Assembly (NCBI GenBank): GCA_036172245.1 | Contig: JAYWIR010000031.1 | Location: forward strand, 186,001-250,000 | DNA length: 64,000 nt | Direction of reading: 5' to 3' | DNA from: Raillietiella orientalis | Lineage: Eukaryota | Part shown: one piece after another, positions 50,330-63,580 of the stretch | Layout of the letters: the number at the start of each line of letters is the position of its first letter | How positions within the stretch are numbered: the stretch's first letter is position 1 | Made by a program: the position numbers and the translations under genes | Notes under the pieces: generated by a model | The model's database searches: none | What the model was told of the DNA's origin: nothing | Seen by the model: only the letters and a program-made list of their open reading frames with translations

Positions 50330-50790
50330 TCCGGTCTCCACGCCGAGACCTTCGGCAACCAGGAGTCTCCTCTCCTGCCGTGACCTTCTGGCGATATTTG
50401 GGGAATGACCCACTGTGTCGACGCCCCCCGAGGCGTTCCTGCCAAGCTTCGAGGCGTTCCGAGACAAGGAGAAGGGACTGTTCATCGCGAGGTCTGCTCA
50501 CAAGTGGGGGGAGTCTGGAACGCCGAGGAATCTGGGAAAAAGCGAAAGTTCAGCCCTACGCATGAGCACCTGGTTCAGCTCCGCCTCCGGTACACCAAGG
50601 TCATAAAGACGGAAGATGTGTCCCATTCCGGAGCCAACGCCCATGAGCGGACGAAACCTCGGGCGGAAGCTGCCCTCCTCCTCCTCCTCGCTTCGATCCC
50701 CAGAAAGTGCCACCTTACGAGTCATCCCGGAAAATCCCTCTCACGAAGGAATCTCTGCATCCCTCCAACCCATCTGGAATCCCTCCACCT
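50330..50790 (+). mobile_element. Gypsy RNase H relic
   Basis: ORF 50405: CVDAPRGVPAKL, VHREVCS, KRKFSPTHEHL, KVIKTED, CHLTSHPGKSLSR, LCIP. Confidence 0.55.
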
Positions 50791-52199
50791 GTCACGGATT
50801 GCCGTAGGTCCCGTTCAGGACCTACTCGCGTGCAGGCGAGCTGGACCCTTCGCGGCAGTCCGGGGAATCCCATCTTTGTCTGCGGAGACTCCCGCAGTCC
50901 TGCTGTCCTCTTCGCGAGCGATCCCTCCTTCGAGGTCCTCAAAACTGCGGCGCCCCAGGAACTCGCCTTAAAAAAGCCCGAGAGTCCAGCAGAGATGCCC
51001 GGTCGCTCAAATGACCTGACACCTCTGCTGAGATGCAGCAAAGACTGGCGGCGCCTTCTTTCCTGACGGTAGCCAAAGCGTGGACGAAGGAGTGAAGCGC
51101 TTAGAAAAGAGAGGGTGGCACTGCACGTGGCAACTATAGGTCCTAGGCCCTCTGTGAACGGCTCCAGAAAAGCCTAGCAGAGAGGACGGCTCCTGCAACT
51201 TGCCCGACGGTCTTAGGAGAGGTGCGGAAAAGCCACCACCCTATCTCCAGGTGGTAGCGGCCCCGCGGTGAGTACGCTTCAAAGGGAGGAAAAACAGGAC
51301 TGGAAAGACTCGATCTCTTGCTCGACCCACGCCTCCTGCTCAGCGACTTTGAACTCCGTGACCGATGGGGAAGAACGGAAGGAGATCGAGAGATCGGTCG
51401 AATGCTTCCCTCTTCCTCCCCCTTCTCATGACCCCACTATTCCTCCCCTCCTGCTCCACTCGACCGCTTCCTCCTTTACTCCACCACTATTGCTATTGAA
51501 GGGGGCTTCAACCTTTACTCCTACTCTTCCTACTCCACTCATCCACCTACTCCTGCTCGACTTTCTACCCCACTGCGCTCTTTTAGCTGCTTCTGCATTC
51601 CTCCGCAAAACCTCAGAGGCACGAGAAACGATGGAGGCTGCAAGAGAGGATAGGAGCTTCTCCTTCCACGAAAACGGAGGAAAATGATGGACCCAGGAGA
51701 AAGGCAGGCAAGGGGACTCCTTAAGGAACACGGATGGCGCATGGACGCCGGAAGTGCCTCGCGCCGGGCACATGCACGCACGCCGCTCCCGCCAGAGGAT
51801 TCCGCCGCAGGAAGTCCCACTGGGAGGAGGGAAGGAGAACTCTAAGGTCGCCTCGGGGCGATGCGCAACGGACTCCCTCGACTCCTGACAGGATCCTCGC
51901 CTCGCTTGGGAAGGGGAGAACATGGCGGGCGCGTCGGACCCGTCCGGGCAATCTCAGAGCGAGGAAGGCTCTAGAAACGCAGCTCTCGACCTGGGTGGGC
52001 AGGGTTCGAGGGGCCCCCTTTTTCTGCTCGATTCTCAGGCGACCCAGAGGCGTACCGCAGCGTTTTGGAATGTCTGACACCCCTCACTGAGGTGCCCCCC
52101 CCCTGCGGCCCGTCCCACCGATCTGCCCGCAGACTCTCCGAACCGTGTCCCTCGTCACCGATCGACGATACCCACGGAAATGGCCCTCCTGACCAGGGA

Positions 52200-52400
52200 G
52201 GAAGGAGGGACAGGGGCATCCGGCTCCCGGAGAGCGAGTGCGCCAATCCGCGATGACGTCAGGAGAAGATACGAGACCGGGTGGAAGGGGACGCGGCTGC
52301 TCCTCCAGGAAAGCGTTCTTCCTGAGAGATCGTTTTCCTGACCTGCGGCTGTCCTCGCCCCCGGGAGTATGGGATTTTTCAGCGCTGCTCCCGGACGAAG
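52200..52400 (+). mobile_element. Gypsy RT N-terminal fragment
   Basis: GIRLPESECANP (cf. GIIxPSxSEWASP), SSPPGVWDFSALL. Confidence 0.4.
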
Positions 52401-53039
52401 GCAGGCAACAGCGCGCGTCCCGAAACGCGGAAGGAGGATCCGCCAGAGAGCACCGCCGACTCCGTGCGAGGCTTTCGAGCCGCCCTCGCTGCAGCTTCCC
52501 CCCACACCATGGACCACCTCGGTCGTCCGCCACCCTCGCCTTGCTACACGCCTCCGTTCAGGTCCCTTGAGTGACGTGGCTCCACTGCCTCGGGTGCTTC
52601 CTCTTGGAGATCGAAAGTTGCCTCCCGCCGCAGCATTCCCTGCAGAGCGAGTGGGAGCCCTGGAGGTCCACCTCTCCTACCCTGCCGGGACTCCTTCCCG
52701 GAGGTAAGAAGTAAGATAGGAGAAGGGCAGCTGCCTCGCAGGCGGTCCCTTTGGCATGGCACGAAAGGGGAGGAGCCTGTAGGGCTTCTCGGAGAGGGAC
52801 AGTCTCCCGTCTCTCCCTCTCTCCCACCGCTCTCCGTGCGCACCTGGAGGCCTCTGTCGGGCTCTCCTTGACCGGCTCACTCTTTGCGCCTGCCTATAGA
52901 GCGCTTCCCGTCCATCTCCCGCTCGGAGGGCAAGGGGCAAGGACTGGATAGGATGACGTCGAGAGTCGGCTGCTCTCCAGGATGGCTCCTGGTCCTTCGT
53001 GCCCCAGAAGGGAGCAGACCCTTCTGGGGCACGAAGGGG

Positions 53040-54500
53040 AAGGGCAACCATGTGCTCGAATCTACCACCGTGCTGCCGTCTCCCTGGGCTCCCCGTTCCG
53101 AGGAAGGCAAGGACCTTCCTCCTCCAGCAGCCCAAAAATTCGGAGCCGCGTCAGATGGCCCTTTTTTTCTTCCCCCCGGGGGTTTCCCTGGACACTGGTC
53201 CGTTGTCGGAGGGAGGTACCGGTTTCCAGAGGGGTCCTGAGGTAGAGTGTCCGGTAGCGCTCACGCAGACCGGGCGGACGCTTCCGGAGCGAAGTACCCT
53301 GAATCTGCCTCCCGGCAACTTCCCGGAGGGGAATGGAGGGGTCCTCCCCTGACCCAGGAAAGCCCAGCCTCTCTTGTGTGGCTTCTGGATCGACTGGTTT
53401 AGACGACTGGCCGGGTCGGGCCAGATCGTTCCCAGGGATGCTGGATCCGGAGACGCGCGGCGGCATCCCGCTCGAGGCAAGGACGAGGGTGTGTCCGGGA
53501 GCGCGACGCCCCCTGGATCCAACCTGCATGCAGGCCCTTACCTCAGACGCAGCCGGCAGTGCCCCGGCTGGCGCCCCGGAGGGATAGCGCGCGCTGGAGG
53601 CGCATCGCCGGCCAGAGTGCGCACGCTTGCGCTGCCGCCGGAGGAGTGGTGGTTGCCATGGTTTCTCCACCGGCCGCCGCCACGATAGGGAGGGAGGGAG
53701 GGCGTCCGGAACAACAAGGGGGGGGAGTAAAACACGCCGGGCCCCTTCCGAGTCCTGGGGCTACTTCTCCTGCTCTGAGCAGCCCAAGCACCCGCATCTC
53801 CTCTCAGTCTCCGCTTGACGGTCCCTCAGAAGGGCGCCTCCGGGTAATGCAGCGATCTCGGTGGAATTCAGCCTCCCGCCCTGTCCAACTCCAGAGGCAG
53901 CCCTCAGGCGAGGCGAAGGTCAGCAGCCTCACCCTGCCGCCTGAATTCCCAGCGCACTCGAAGGCGAGCGGCCCCCGGACCCAGAGTGAGAGATCAGCTG
54001 GCGCTACGGCTCTGTGAAGAGGAAAGGGAAGGAAGGGGATACGGTAACGGTCCCGAAGTAAAAAGGGGGTGCCCTCTGACTGTTTCCCCCTGGCTTAGGC
54101 GCCATCTTGCCTTCCCTTCCCCCTCCCCCATAGGCTCTCTTCTGGGTCGAGGAAAATCCACGGTGCAGAAGGGCGTCGAGAGGAGCCCAGAGACCTCTGT
54201 AAGGAACTCCCTCGCGTCCCCGAGAGGGGGTGAGGAGGAAGCCACCCCCTCTCGGGGTTCCGCACTTTCCCACGAGGCTGCCCTTTCTGGTGGGGCCGAG
54301 GTGGACCCTTCATCCCTCAAGCCCGTCGTCAATGGCGATGGCTCGGAGTGACCCTCCGCCACGCAGAGTCTGGCACTCCAGCTTCCCCGCTCTTCCTTCC
54401 AGGGTCCGTGAGGAGCTCGGAGGCTGGAAAAGGGCTCAGACCGGCCTGCAGGGAGCTCCTCGGGCGCGAGGCACTCCCAGGTCGCTCACGGTGGGGTGCA
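53040..54500 (+). mobile_element. Gypsy RT-RNase H-integrase zinc-finger relic
   Basis: PSPWAP, GRYRFP, GLDDW (cf. YLDDI), GIPLEARTRVC, TSPALSSP..LDGPSEG, SRPVQLQRQPSGEAKVS, GKSTVQKGVER, FPALPSRVRE. Confidence 0.6.
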
Positions 54501-55556
54501 AGGCGAGGAAGGAGAGCCGAGAGACAGCACATAGACCCGGGACGACCCGCGGGCTAATACGCAGAGCGGGACCGACGAGAAAATGGCAGGAACGTGGCGA
54601 GGAGGAGGAGGGGGGGGATTTCGGATGCGGTTGTCCGCGCTACCTCCGTCTCCTCGACAACAGGGCCTTGCGAAGTCGTAGATGCGCGCTGGACCCCGCC
54701 GTCGCGTGGTGAGTAGCCGCCCATCGGTCGCCACGGACCGGTTCCGCGTCGCCAGGGAGGCGGGGAGCCCTTCTTTCCCCTCCGCTTTCTCCTACGAAGC
54801 TTCCCTTGAAAGCGCAGAGGGCTTGTGGGGAGGGACGGTTTAACCGCGCCGGCGGCTGACCTCGCGGGGAGTCGGAACGTCGGCACTTCCCCCGCGAGAT
54901 ACCACGATCCCCCATCCCGCCCCTGTCCCCGAGAGCGCACCCCAGCGAGCACCCCGAGCAGAGAGGCCCGCCGAAGCAGAAAGCAAAAGGGGACCAGGCG
55001 GAGCGCGGAACGCACCTCCATGGCGACGGGCTTCCTTGCGACGCAGGACGGGTGCGGGCGCGCGCCCGAAAAGGGGAAGAGAGGCAAAGAAGCGGTTGTG
55101 GCGGTTGCCACGGCAGGCAGCCGCGAAGCAGCGAGCGCGAGAAGTGAAGCGAGCGTGGTGGTTGCTTTGGGAATTTCCTCCCCCACCCACCTCGCGTTTT
55201 CGCTTTTCATGGCTTTTTGCTTTTTGGCGTGTTGCGTTTCCCATTTTCCCCATCTCCTCACGGATTCGCGTTCACGAGCCGCTCGGTCCTCCACCTCTTG
55301 GCCCCTTCCCCCCTTTTTTTTTTTTTTTTTTTTTTCCGCTCTTATCCCAACACGAAACACGCTTCCTTCGGCGAGTGGCGCGTCCACCTTTCGAGTGACA
55401 ACTTCCTTCGACTGCGGTGTCGTGGCGCGTTTCAAAAGCCGTCGGCAAACCCCACCTTGTGCGGGTGTGCGTTTCCCGGAGAGACGCTTCTGACTGATTT
55501 TTCCCATGAACCACCCCAATGCAACATGACGGCGACTTTTTCTTCTTTTTCGGAAA

Positions 55557-55576
55557 AGAGAGAGAGAGAGAGAGAG
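55557..55576. repeat. (AG)10 microsatellite
   Basis: Direct reading. Confidence 0.9.
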
Positions 55577-56629
55577 GAAACCACTCTCGCGTGCACGCAC
55601 GTAAACACGTACGAATTCATCACCACATCATGCAGAGCAGGCGATTCTGGAACGGGAATGCGGCCGACCTGTGGTGAATAATCGCTCGGGAGGAATGAGG
55701 GCGGGTGAGAGCTCGCCAACCAATCTCGTGGGTATTTCGAGTTGCTTGGATACGCAGCTGGGAATGCAAAAAACGCAACCCCAACTGCGCGCATAAACAT
55801 CCCTCAAGAGCATCCATAAACACACACGCACATCGAGAGGGCTGTGGTGCTGCGGTGGGTAGTCACCGCACGTTTCCCAAGGCGACGGATTCGCAAAACT
55901 TGGTGCGACCAGAAGGAAACCACCACTTCTTCCTCGTAATTTGTGATTTCTTTCCATCTCACAAAGTGGCGCTCGTTTGCGACTCCTCCTGGCTCAAAAA
56001 TAGGAACGGCGTTGTGACAGGGAGATAGAAAACGAGAGAAATGATGTTGCAGGCATGCTTGCTTCGAGCGGCTTTAAGCTCTAGGCTACGAACGGCGAGG
56101 AAAATAATAAAAAGGAGCAGAATTGACTACGCTGCCCATCTCCGTGACTTCGGGTTCCGAAAAAGCGCGCCCCATGAATCACTACCGAAAACGCGTTTCC
56201 ACCGCAGCCATTCACCGAATCCGAAAGGAATGGGAACGCATCTCCCACATCCAAAGATCTTCTGAATGCGGAAACGTATTTTCCATGTCTCAGTGGAAAA
56301 TGGAACTCATCACTATTTATCAAGTCGGTGTCACCTGGTGCGAAAATCCATCGAAGCACCTTTGGAATTCTCCGAAGGCAATCCATCACGTGGTATTGCC
56401 AAATCTCCATCGACTTTCAAAGTGGCCGATTTGAAACACAGGAAAAGCGCAAAGGAAGGAAAGCTTTGGATTCGGTCTCGAAGAAATTCATGCGATCTGA
56501 AAAGTTGCGATGCACGTCGAGAGAGCAATGCAGGGCGACCGCGCGTGCGTGCTGGGCAATGAAACAACAGCGAGGAACTGGAAATTCCTCCGATTGCAGA
56601 GGCAACAGCACTCCATGATCACTTGAGAG

Positions 56630-57570
56630 GTGCCCTCGTTGCATAGCTGGCCGAAAGCACGCCGCCAAACTTTATTGACCGTCAGACTGCAAACATCATC
56701 AGCTCCGGCAGAACGCAAGGCATAAAAAGCACTGACTACATCAAAGCTCGTTCCGGGACCACCTATGCCTGAAGACATTGGCATTCGACTGGTTGGGATT
56801 CGGTTGCGAGCTACGAAGCCTTGCGACATTCGGCTCTCCCTCCTCTCCCCTAAGTGGGGGGGGGGGGGGAAGGGGAATCGCTGTTTATCTTGGTGGGACG
56901 GAAAGATCACATTCGATCAATTCTGTGATCAGTCACCAAGCATCCTTGGTTTAGAAGAAGAAGGAGAAGAAAATGCTCCCGAAGTGCTTACGAGCAAGCG
57001 ATCGATCTATCGGAAGATTTCCGTAGAAAAGGAATTTTATTTTTAGAAATCTAAAAATAGTTTGTCCTTGATGAGAATTCTAGCACCAGTTGTCAGTTCC
57101 AGACAGAAAAGAATGCAAAAGTTGGACTATCTCTCGGTGTCTAATGTATCGAGGGTGAAAATTGCACAGCCAGATCATCCACCTGAGACTCTTCTCCCGA
57201 AAGAGCCCCAAATTGCGTTTCCAACATCCCAATTACTCATCTAAAACGGTGTACTCCTTTGTCGTGGAGCTCCGCATTGGGATAAAAGAATGAAACCATT
57301 CTTTTGAAATTTTCCTCTTCCGATCAAATCTTGTTTATCCCCACTTGTTTTTCTCGAGTGCCCTTAGCGTGCCAACGTCTAATCATAGAACCGATCACCA
57401 ATGGATTCCAAAGCACACAGGTGTGCAGGGAAACTTTTCAAGGGAACCACGAACCCCTATCTCAGTAGTCTTCCCAAGCTCGTTTCTTGGTCAGAATGGA
57501 GCCTCGAGATCTCACCACTTCAAAGCCAAAGTGCTTCCTTTGGCTGCAAGGAAAAGTTTCTTCTAAGCGA
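56630..57570 (+). mobile_element. Gypsy protease-RT relic
   Basis: GALVA*..NFIDRQTANI (cf. ALVDSGA..NFID), LSWWDGKITF, SIYRKIS, FFSSAL..HQWIP, SKPKCF. Confidence 0.5.
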
Positions 57571-58779
57571 ACATCTCCAGTGGTCAGCTACTTGCCGGTG
57601 ACGGAAAACCCAACTGGTGTTCATGACAACTTGCAAGTTCTTCGGCTATTCGATAACGACAAGGACGTAAACCCCAAAGGTTTCAAATGCTTAATCCCCT
57701 CTTGTCTTGCGACCTCACAGCCTACGAATGGTCTGATAGGCATTTCGAGCGGTCCGCTGCACTCATAGAGAGCCGATTTCAGGTCATTTTTGAGGTCCCT
57801 TTCAGGTTTCCGGCCGGGAAATCACGCCGCTCTCCCGAAATCAGCGATTCATCAGTCGGCTCTTAAATTCATGACCTGGGCTAAGATTTGCACTCTTGAA
57901 GATGCGAATCGTAGCCTGGAGTAAGATGAATTGCATTTTCTCCGAGGGTGTTCTTTTTTTTTTTTTTTTTTCTAAACTCCCCAAAGTTCCATACAGGTTC
58001 ATCGTGGAGGGCAGTTTCTATTTGTTTCTCGTGTTTCTGTCAGCTTTTCTGTTTCACCGATTTCGTTTTGGCCTTCCGTCCATGCTGTTGCTGTTGTTTT
58101 TTTTCTTCCAAGGGAAGTGAATTCTTTCCTACTTGGTACTGCAGGTCGTTGATTTGCCCCCATAATGAAACTTACGTTGCGATGCTCCAATATTTATTGC
58201 GGAACCACTCATTATTCTAACTTCCACAAAGAATGCATTAGAAGCTCACGTGACTACCTATTTTACTGTCTTGGTGATTAAAGTACAATCGGTGAGACCA
58301 TGTGCCGTCAGTTTTAACATGCATCGTTTTTCCTAGGGCATTTTTGTGGTTGTGGAAATTATTAGGACCTATGAACTTGTTGGTCTCTCCAGAGTCGGTA
58401 TTTGAAACAGCTGATGATTTTTTTCTATCCGCTCTAATGTGCGAGCATCATTAGGGATTCATTCTTGAGATACTGCGTGGCTCTTACTTTCTGAACGATC
58501 AACGATGAAATGCTCAAAATGAGTAAGAAAAAAAAAGAAAAAAAAAAAACTGCCTACGGCAACTTTCATTGACTTGCAATTGCTGACCTGTTCCATTATC
58601 CGAAACTCGAACTATAGAAATCTGTAGAAACGGGATGAACTCATGACTCCAATCACTGAAGTTTTCACCAATTAAATATCGGAATTGATCACTTCAAGGC
58701 ATCGTGTGAACAAACATAACTGAATAACTGAAAGATCATCCAGTAGCAGATCAGGTCCGACATCAACCAGAGAAAGCTT

Positions 58780-59100
58780 TAGCAACGGTGATTGCTCTTC
58801 AGCAGCGCGGTCGAGAGTATTTGGTTGGCTACTTGGCTTCTGGCTCGCCTAAATGGCGGACTTAAAAGTGCTTTCCAGCTTTAACGATGATTACTGCTCA
58901 TCATTATTGATTATTACTGAACTGTTTGAGAGCATCTCGTGGAGGCACAGTTTCCTACTCGGTGACGTACCCAAATCTTCAACACGCGCATTTTTCAGAA
59001 CGTGGCTGCAGGCGCGGGTGAATTCTGTGTGAAGCAGGATTTTTTTGTAAGAAGGAAGTACGAGTGAAACCATTCCTCGGGCAACCGCCGCTCTTGACAG
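58780..59100 (+). mobile_element. Gypsy RNase H relic
   Basis: ALQQRGREYLVGYLAS; LLII..WRHSFLLG (cf. WRHYLLG); LQAR. Confidence 0.55.
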
Positions 59101-61789
59101 AAGTGCTGGGATCGACGACATTTGCTTTCACGAGGAGCGTGTCCAAGGAACAGATGAACTTATCTTCCAGGAAAAAGTAGAAGAGAATAGAAGAGATTCC
59201 GTTTACTTCGCTTTATCACCTGACTCTAGCTTACCTCTCTAAGCTGCTTGCTTGCCATCCAACCACAGATCGTAGGAAACAGGGAGAGCATCAGCAGAAT
59301 GAAGCCGAAAGAACCGATCAAGTATTCACCGAGAAAGAGATTGGATGGATTGCCCGGGGGACATCGACGCAAAATCTGCGAGGAACAGCTACTGAGACAA
59401 ATCAACCAATGCGAATAACCGCAGTGGCTACCTTGCAATTCACAGGATTCCGCAGAAATTCGCTCAGATGATCCTTTTGGTTCAGGAACGAATTTTCTTT
59501 CTAGGTACTAGGACTGGTGCCGCTGAAAAGTGGTCTCCTCTTAGCGACCCTTTGCAGCTCCCACTGCCCTGAAGCTTTGTAACCAGAGCTCATGCATTTG
59601 GGGGGCACGAATTCGGTCTCGGCCCGTGCCAACTGGAAAAGTCAGGGGAACAGTCAGAGAAACCTTCGAGTTTCAGAGTTTTCGACCACGAAATCGCACT
59701 TCCACGTAGGCGTGCTTTAATGACAACTACTACTAAAGAACAAGCAGTGCTTCGGGCGGCGGGAAAGAATCTTTTCATTTCGTTTTTTCAACTTTTCAAC
59801 CTCCGGAAGCTCTGATGCTCCCAGGGAACTCTGCCCGAAGCTCTACTGCAATTTACTACGAAGAGTGACTCGTTACAAAGCGGATTCCTCAGATCCAATA
59901 CATAACGGACACTTTGACATTGCCTGACTCCTAATGAGTACTGGGTAGTAGATCGTCTCGCCGCCTATTCCAGTTCCCCGATCATCGACGAAAATCTACT
60001 GCTAGATTGATAGCAATTGTCATCTGTCATCTGGTGCTGAATTTCTCATGCTGTTGGAGTCTATAGCTCTGTTTTAGATGCCATCATGTACAGAATGAGT
60101 GGGGAGGCATCACTCGTGGTACGAGAGTTGGGGCTATCAGGACTCGAGAATCCAAGAGCTTCTACGGCTTATGAAGGGGGGAGGGGGAGGGAAATAAGAT
60201 GCAAGAAGGTTCGCTTAAATTGGGAATGACGCATCATCTGGCCGTTCTGATCGGTTCTGACTGCTTTCTGCATCTTGAATGATGGGAGTGAAACGACATT
60301 GCATCATCGTGCTGCTGTTCCAACGGAAGCTTTCGTTCCTATTCTTTGACATCAGGAGATGTTGCTCTGAGCTTGTAGTAGGAGGCACTAATAAATCATT
60401 GAGCTGCAATATACTTAGATATCGCACATCAGAGATAACGTCAAAGATCGCGAATCACTTCGAAATTCAGGCACTGCAATTCTAATAAATGTTTAAGATG
60501 ATTTCATCCTTAAAGCAATAATTCTCACAAGAAGAACTACCATGCTTGCAAATAACAAGCATTAATATCTATTATTTCTAATGTGGGGATTTCTAATGTT
60601 CTTTCATCGACGTGCGATTCGTTTGGACCTGTTGCTCCGATTACGAATGCTTCAAACCTCTTTTATGTACTGATCTCTTATTTTATTTCGCCTTTGTCTT
60701 TTTCCTAGAATTTTCATTCACTAAAACGATTTCTCATGCTTTCGAGTAACTTGTTATCACACATGTGCTTAACTACGTGAAAAGGAATATGAATTTTTTA
60801 TCCACTGCTTTGCTTTAAGCTTTAAACTCAATTACGTGAACCGCTTATACTTTTGAACCTTATGACAGAATAAATAATAATATGAGCGAATAGAATAATG
60901 TGCGTTTTTCACTTCTTCCTGTGTTTCCTTTGTTTTTGTTTTTTTTTCATCACTCACTCTTCATAGCCTGCACATTAATTACCCGGGAATATCACACGGA
61001 GAATACGATATCGTGATGTTTGCCTCATGGCACTGAGCGTATACATGTACTTAGCTCAGTTTGTATTTGGAGCTTCATTTGAATGTTCCATATAGTACAA
61101 ATTAAGCCACATCCTTAATACAGAAAGTAACTTTTTCCCCTAAAGCAATAAATAAACCTCGGCTCCTCCGTGTCTTTTAAAAGCGCAAACACAAGTCGTG
61201 CGACGTGGTGTTCCCATTTCCTTGATGGAGGGCTGAAGAAACAGACTGTGATTTCAGTTTCCTATGGAAACCACGTATGAGAAGCAGCAGCTTCCTTCCG
61301 TGTACGCAACGTCATATTTTCTCCATATTCCATTCATTTCGCCGTTTCTTGGTTACGGTCGAAACCGCTTTTCCGGGTTTGTTCTCTTTTTTCTTCCTCG
61401 TTAAGAGCGGTCCCTGGGGAGCGGCAAAACTGTTTTGAAAACTGAATCGTGTGGCTGAGGTGACGAAACAACGGAATGTTTGCCAAGGAACAAAACAGTG
61501 CTTGATAACGATCTCAGGGAAGCAGCTCCCATTGCAGAGTATCTGCTGCCGATAATATCGACACGGAAAAGTGGAACTGCACTTGATAATGACAGAAATA
61601 ATAAGTCCTAAGAAGGAGAACACATACACACGATGGGCCGCAAAGACAAGAAGAACATCTGCAGGAGAGAAAACACGAGAGGCTTCGACAAGATTTTGAT
61701 CAATTAGATTTTGATTCGCATGCATCTTCGACTTTCCGTTGATCATTTTCTCGACGATAAACAAAAAAAGCACCGTGACGTTAAATGAA

Positions 61790-62160
61790 AAGCGATGGGG
61801 AATTAGAAACGTGTGCCAAGGGTGGAACAAAAAGTCTGAAGCCGTCAACAACATATGTAGAACGCATACGATTGCACACGCTTTTTGCGGGTGTGCCCGA
61901 CCTTCGTCTAAACTTAAATCTTCAAAAAATAGCCGAACGCTACTGTTGTGTCCTCTGTGGATCCAAGGGGTCTCACTTAAGGAGTGGGAAAATCTTCGGC
62001 AGTTCTTTCGGAGTACCCTTAGGTGTCTCGAAGAAGTTCCTCGTCTGATTACGCCTCTGCGGAAAAAACGATGCCGAGCGCTAGAAAGAAGGACATCTCA
62101 GCGAGTAGCGATTTTGCGGAATATGGTACTCTGGGATGGGCTACTTGAGCTCTGCTCCCC
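61790..62160 (+). mobile_element. Possible gypsy integrase relic
   Basis: WGIRNVCQ, YVERIRLHTLFAG, EVPRLIT, WDGLLE. Confidence 0.35.
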
Positions 62161-62779
62161 TTTGCAGCATCTCGTGATGATGTGCCTTCCAGAGAAGAAT
62201 CCTTAACAAAGAAGTCAGCGGTGAGATAAGCGCGCTCTGAGAATGTTCTTGACACCTGCACGGATAACAGGAACCGAACGTGCACCTCCTAATCTGCCGA
62301 ACATGCATCTCTTGTCTTGTTCCAAGGGCTGAAGGCTCCGCTACCCAGGAGGAGAGAGGGGAAAAAGGAAAAAAGGGAGGCAAAGCAAACACCCCAAGAA
62401 AGCAATTTAGGGACAAAACTATGCTGATTCCGGGCTACTGACGAACCTGTTCCGGGGACAGGGTCGTCTCATTTCGAGAGCTGATACGAGAGTCGTTCTT
62501 GACCTATTGGGGTGGATTCTTGGATGGAATTTCATCTCCCCGCTTGATTCAGTTCAAACCAGTTTTTTTTTATTTTTTTCTATTAGAGTCCCGAATCTAC
62601 TGTCTGTTACGCATAGAAGCGTGATCTCGACACTGTTGTGATGTGCTCTTCCTTTTTGCTTCAGGCACACGTAAAAAAGACACGGCTTGAATTACGACTG
62701 ATCTTCCTGAGCAAATGTTTAGAGTAGGCAAACCACAACCTTCTCGGATCAGGTTTCCCGCTCGCCAAAGAACCATCAC

Positions 62780-63580
62780 CAGACCTTTAACTGTGACCTT
62801 GAGGAGTCGTTGAGGTTACAGATTATCGCTGGCGAATAACCAATTACCGAATTACTTCCTGGAATGGCGGATAGTCAGCAAGGTGTAAACCGCTGATGCT
62901 CCTCCGCCCTATGCATCTCGCAAATGTACCTGGATGTGTATGCGATACACAGTCAGGTACACGCGGGAAACACTTTGTTTGGTGAAAAGAGCCCAAGCCA
63001 CTTGAACAGCATCGTGTCATGTGCTCCAGAGAGTGCGCTCTTGAAGGACGTCTGTAAGCGAGAGCAAATAGCGTGGAGAATACGCTTCATCCATTTACGT
63101 CTCTCGAACGTGTTGAACTTTCGGTATAGCGGAGAAACTGTACTGCGTGTTCATCTTCTCCACTCAACAAGAGACGGATTTAGAAATGCTGTTATCCCAA
63201 TTTATTTCGAGCATTGAAATGACAACAAGCCGGCGAACACGGAAGCTGGATCAGGCGATCTGAAATGCTTCATGAAATTATAAACTGACGCGAAATATTC
63301 CCTAGAAGATACGGCGTGGAAGGCATCTCGTGAGCGCTGAAGCTTCCAAAAAGAGGACTCCACGGAAATGTGAGCCAGATAGGTCAGATCCTGCGATCCA
63401 GAAGAAGGGAAGAAACAACCTTAAAGATCTGAGATTTGTGGAAAAGGCAGGAAAGCACTGGGCGTCCGAATGAGTCGAAGAAGCTCAGAAGGAAAATGGA
63501 AATGGCAAATTTACAAGGGTGAGCTAACGATAGTGTTTCAAGGAAGAGGATATACTTCTCATGGGTATGAGATCAGCAGC
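62780..63580 (+). mobile_element. Gypsy RT-RNase H relic
   Basis: CDLEESLRLQI, LLPGMADS, MYLDVYAIHS, LKCFM, ALGVRMSRRSSEGKW..IY..RGYTSHGYEI. Confidence 0.5.

Noticed and set aside
20400..55600. Hundreds of overlapping long ORFs (e.g. 26427-27587, 47928-49154, 48808-49851, 54554-55600)
   Set aside because: Expected from stop-codon scarcity at ~70% GC. They are Arg/Gly/Pro/Ala-rich, open in several frames at once, and any real signal in them is fragmentary TE motif, not a host protein.
57399..57434. QWIPKHTGVQGN resembling the RNase HI motif WIPGHxGxxGN of non-LTR elements
   Set aside because: No following E..AD, and its position between protease motifs and SKPKCF fits a decayed RT YQWxxMPxG segment at least as well; ambiguous without an HMM.
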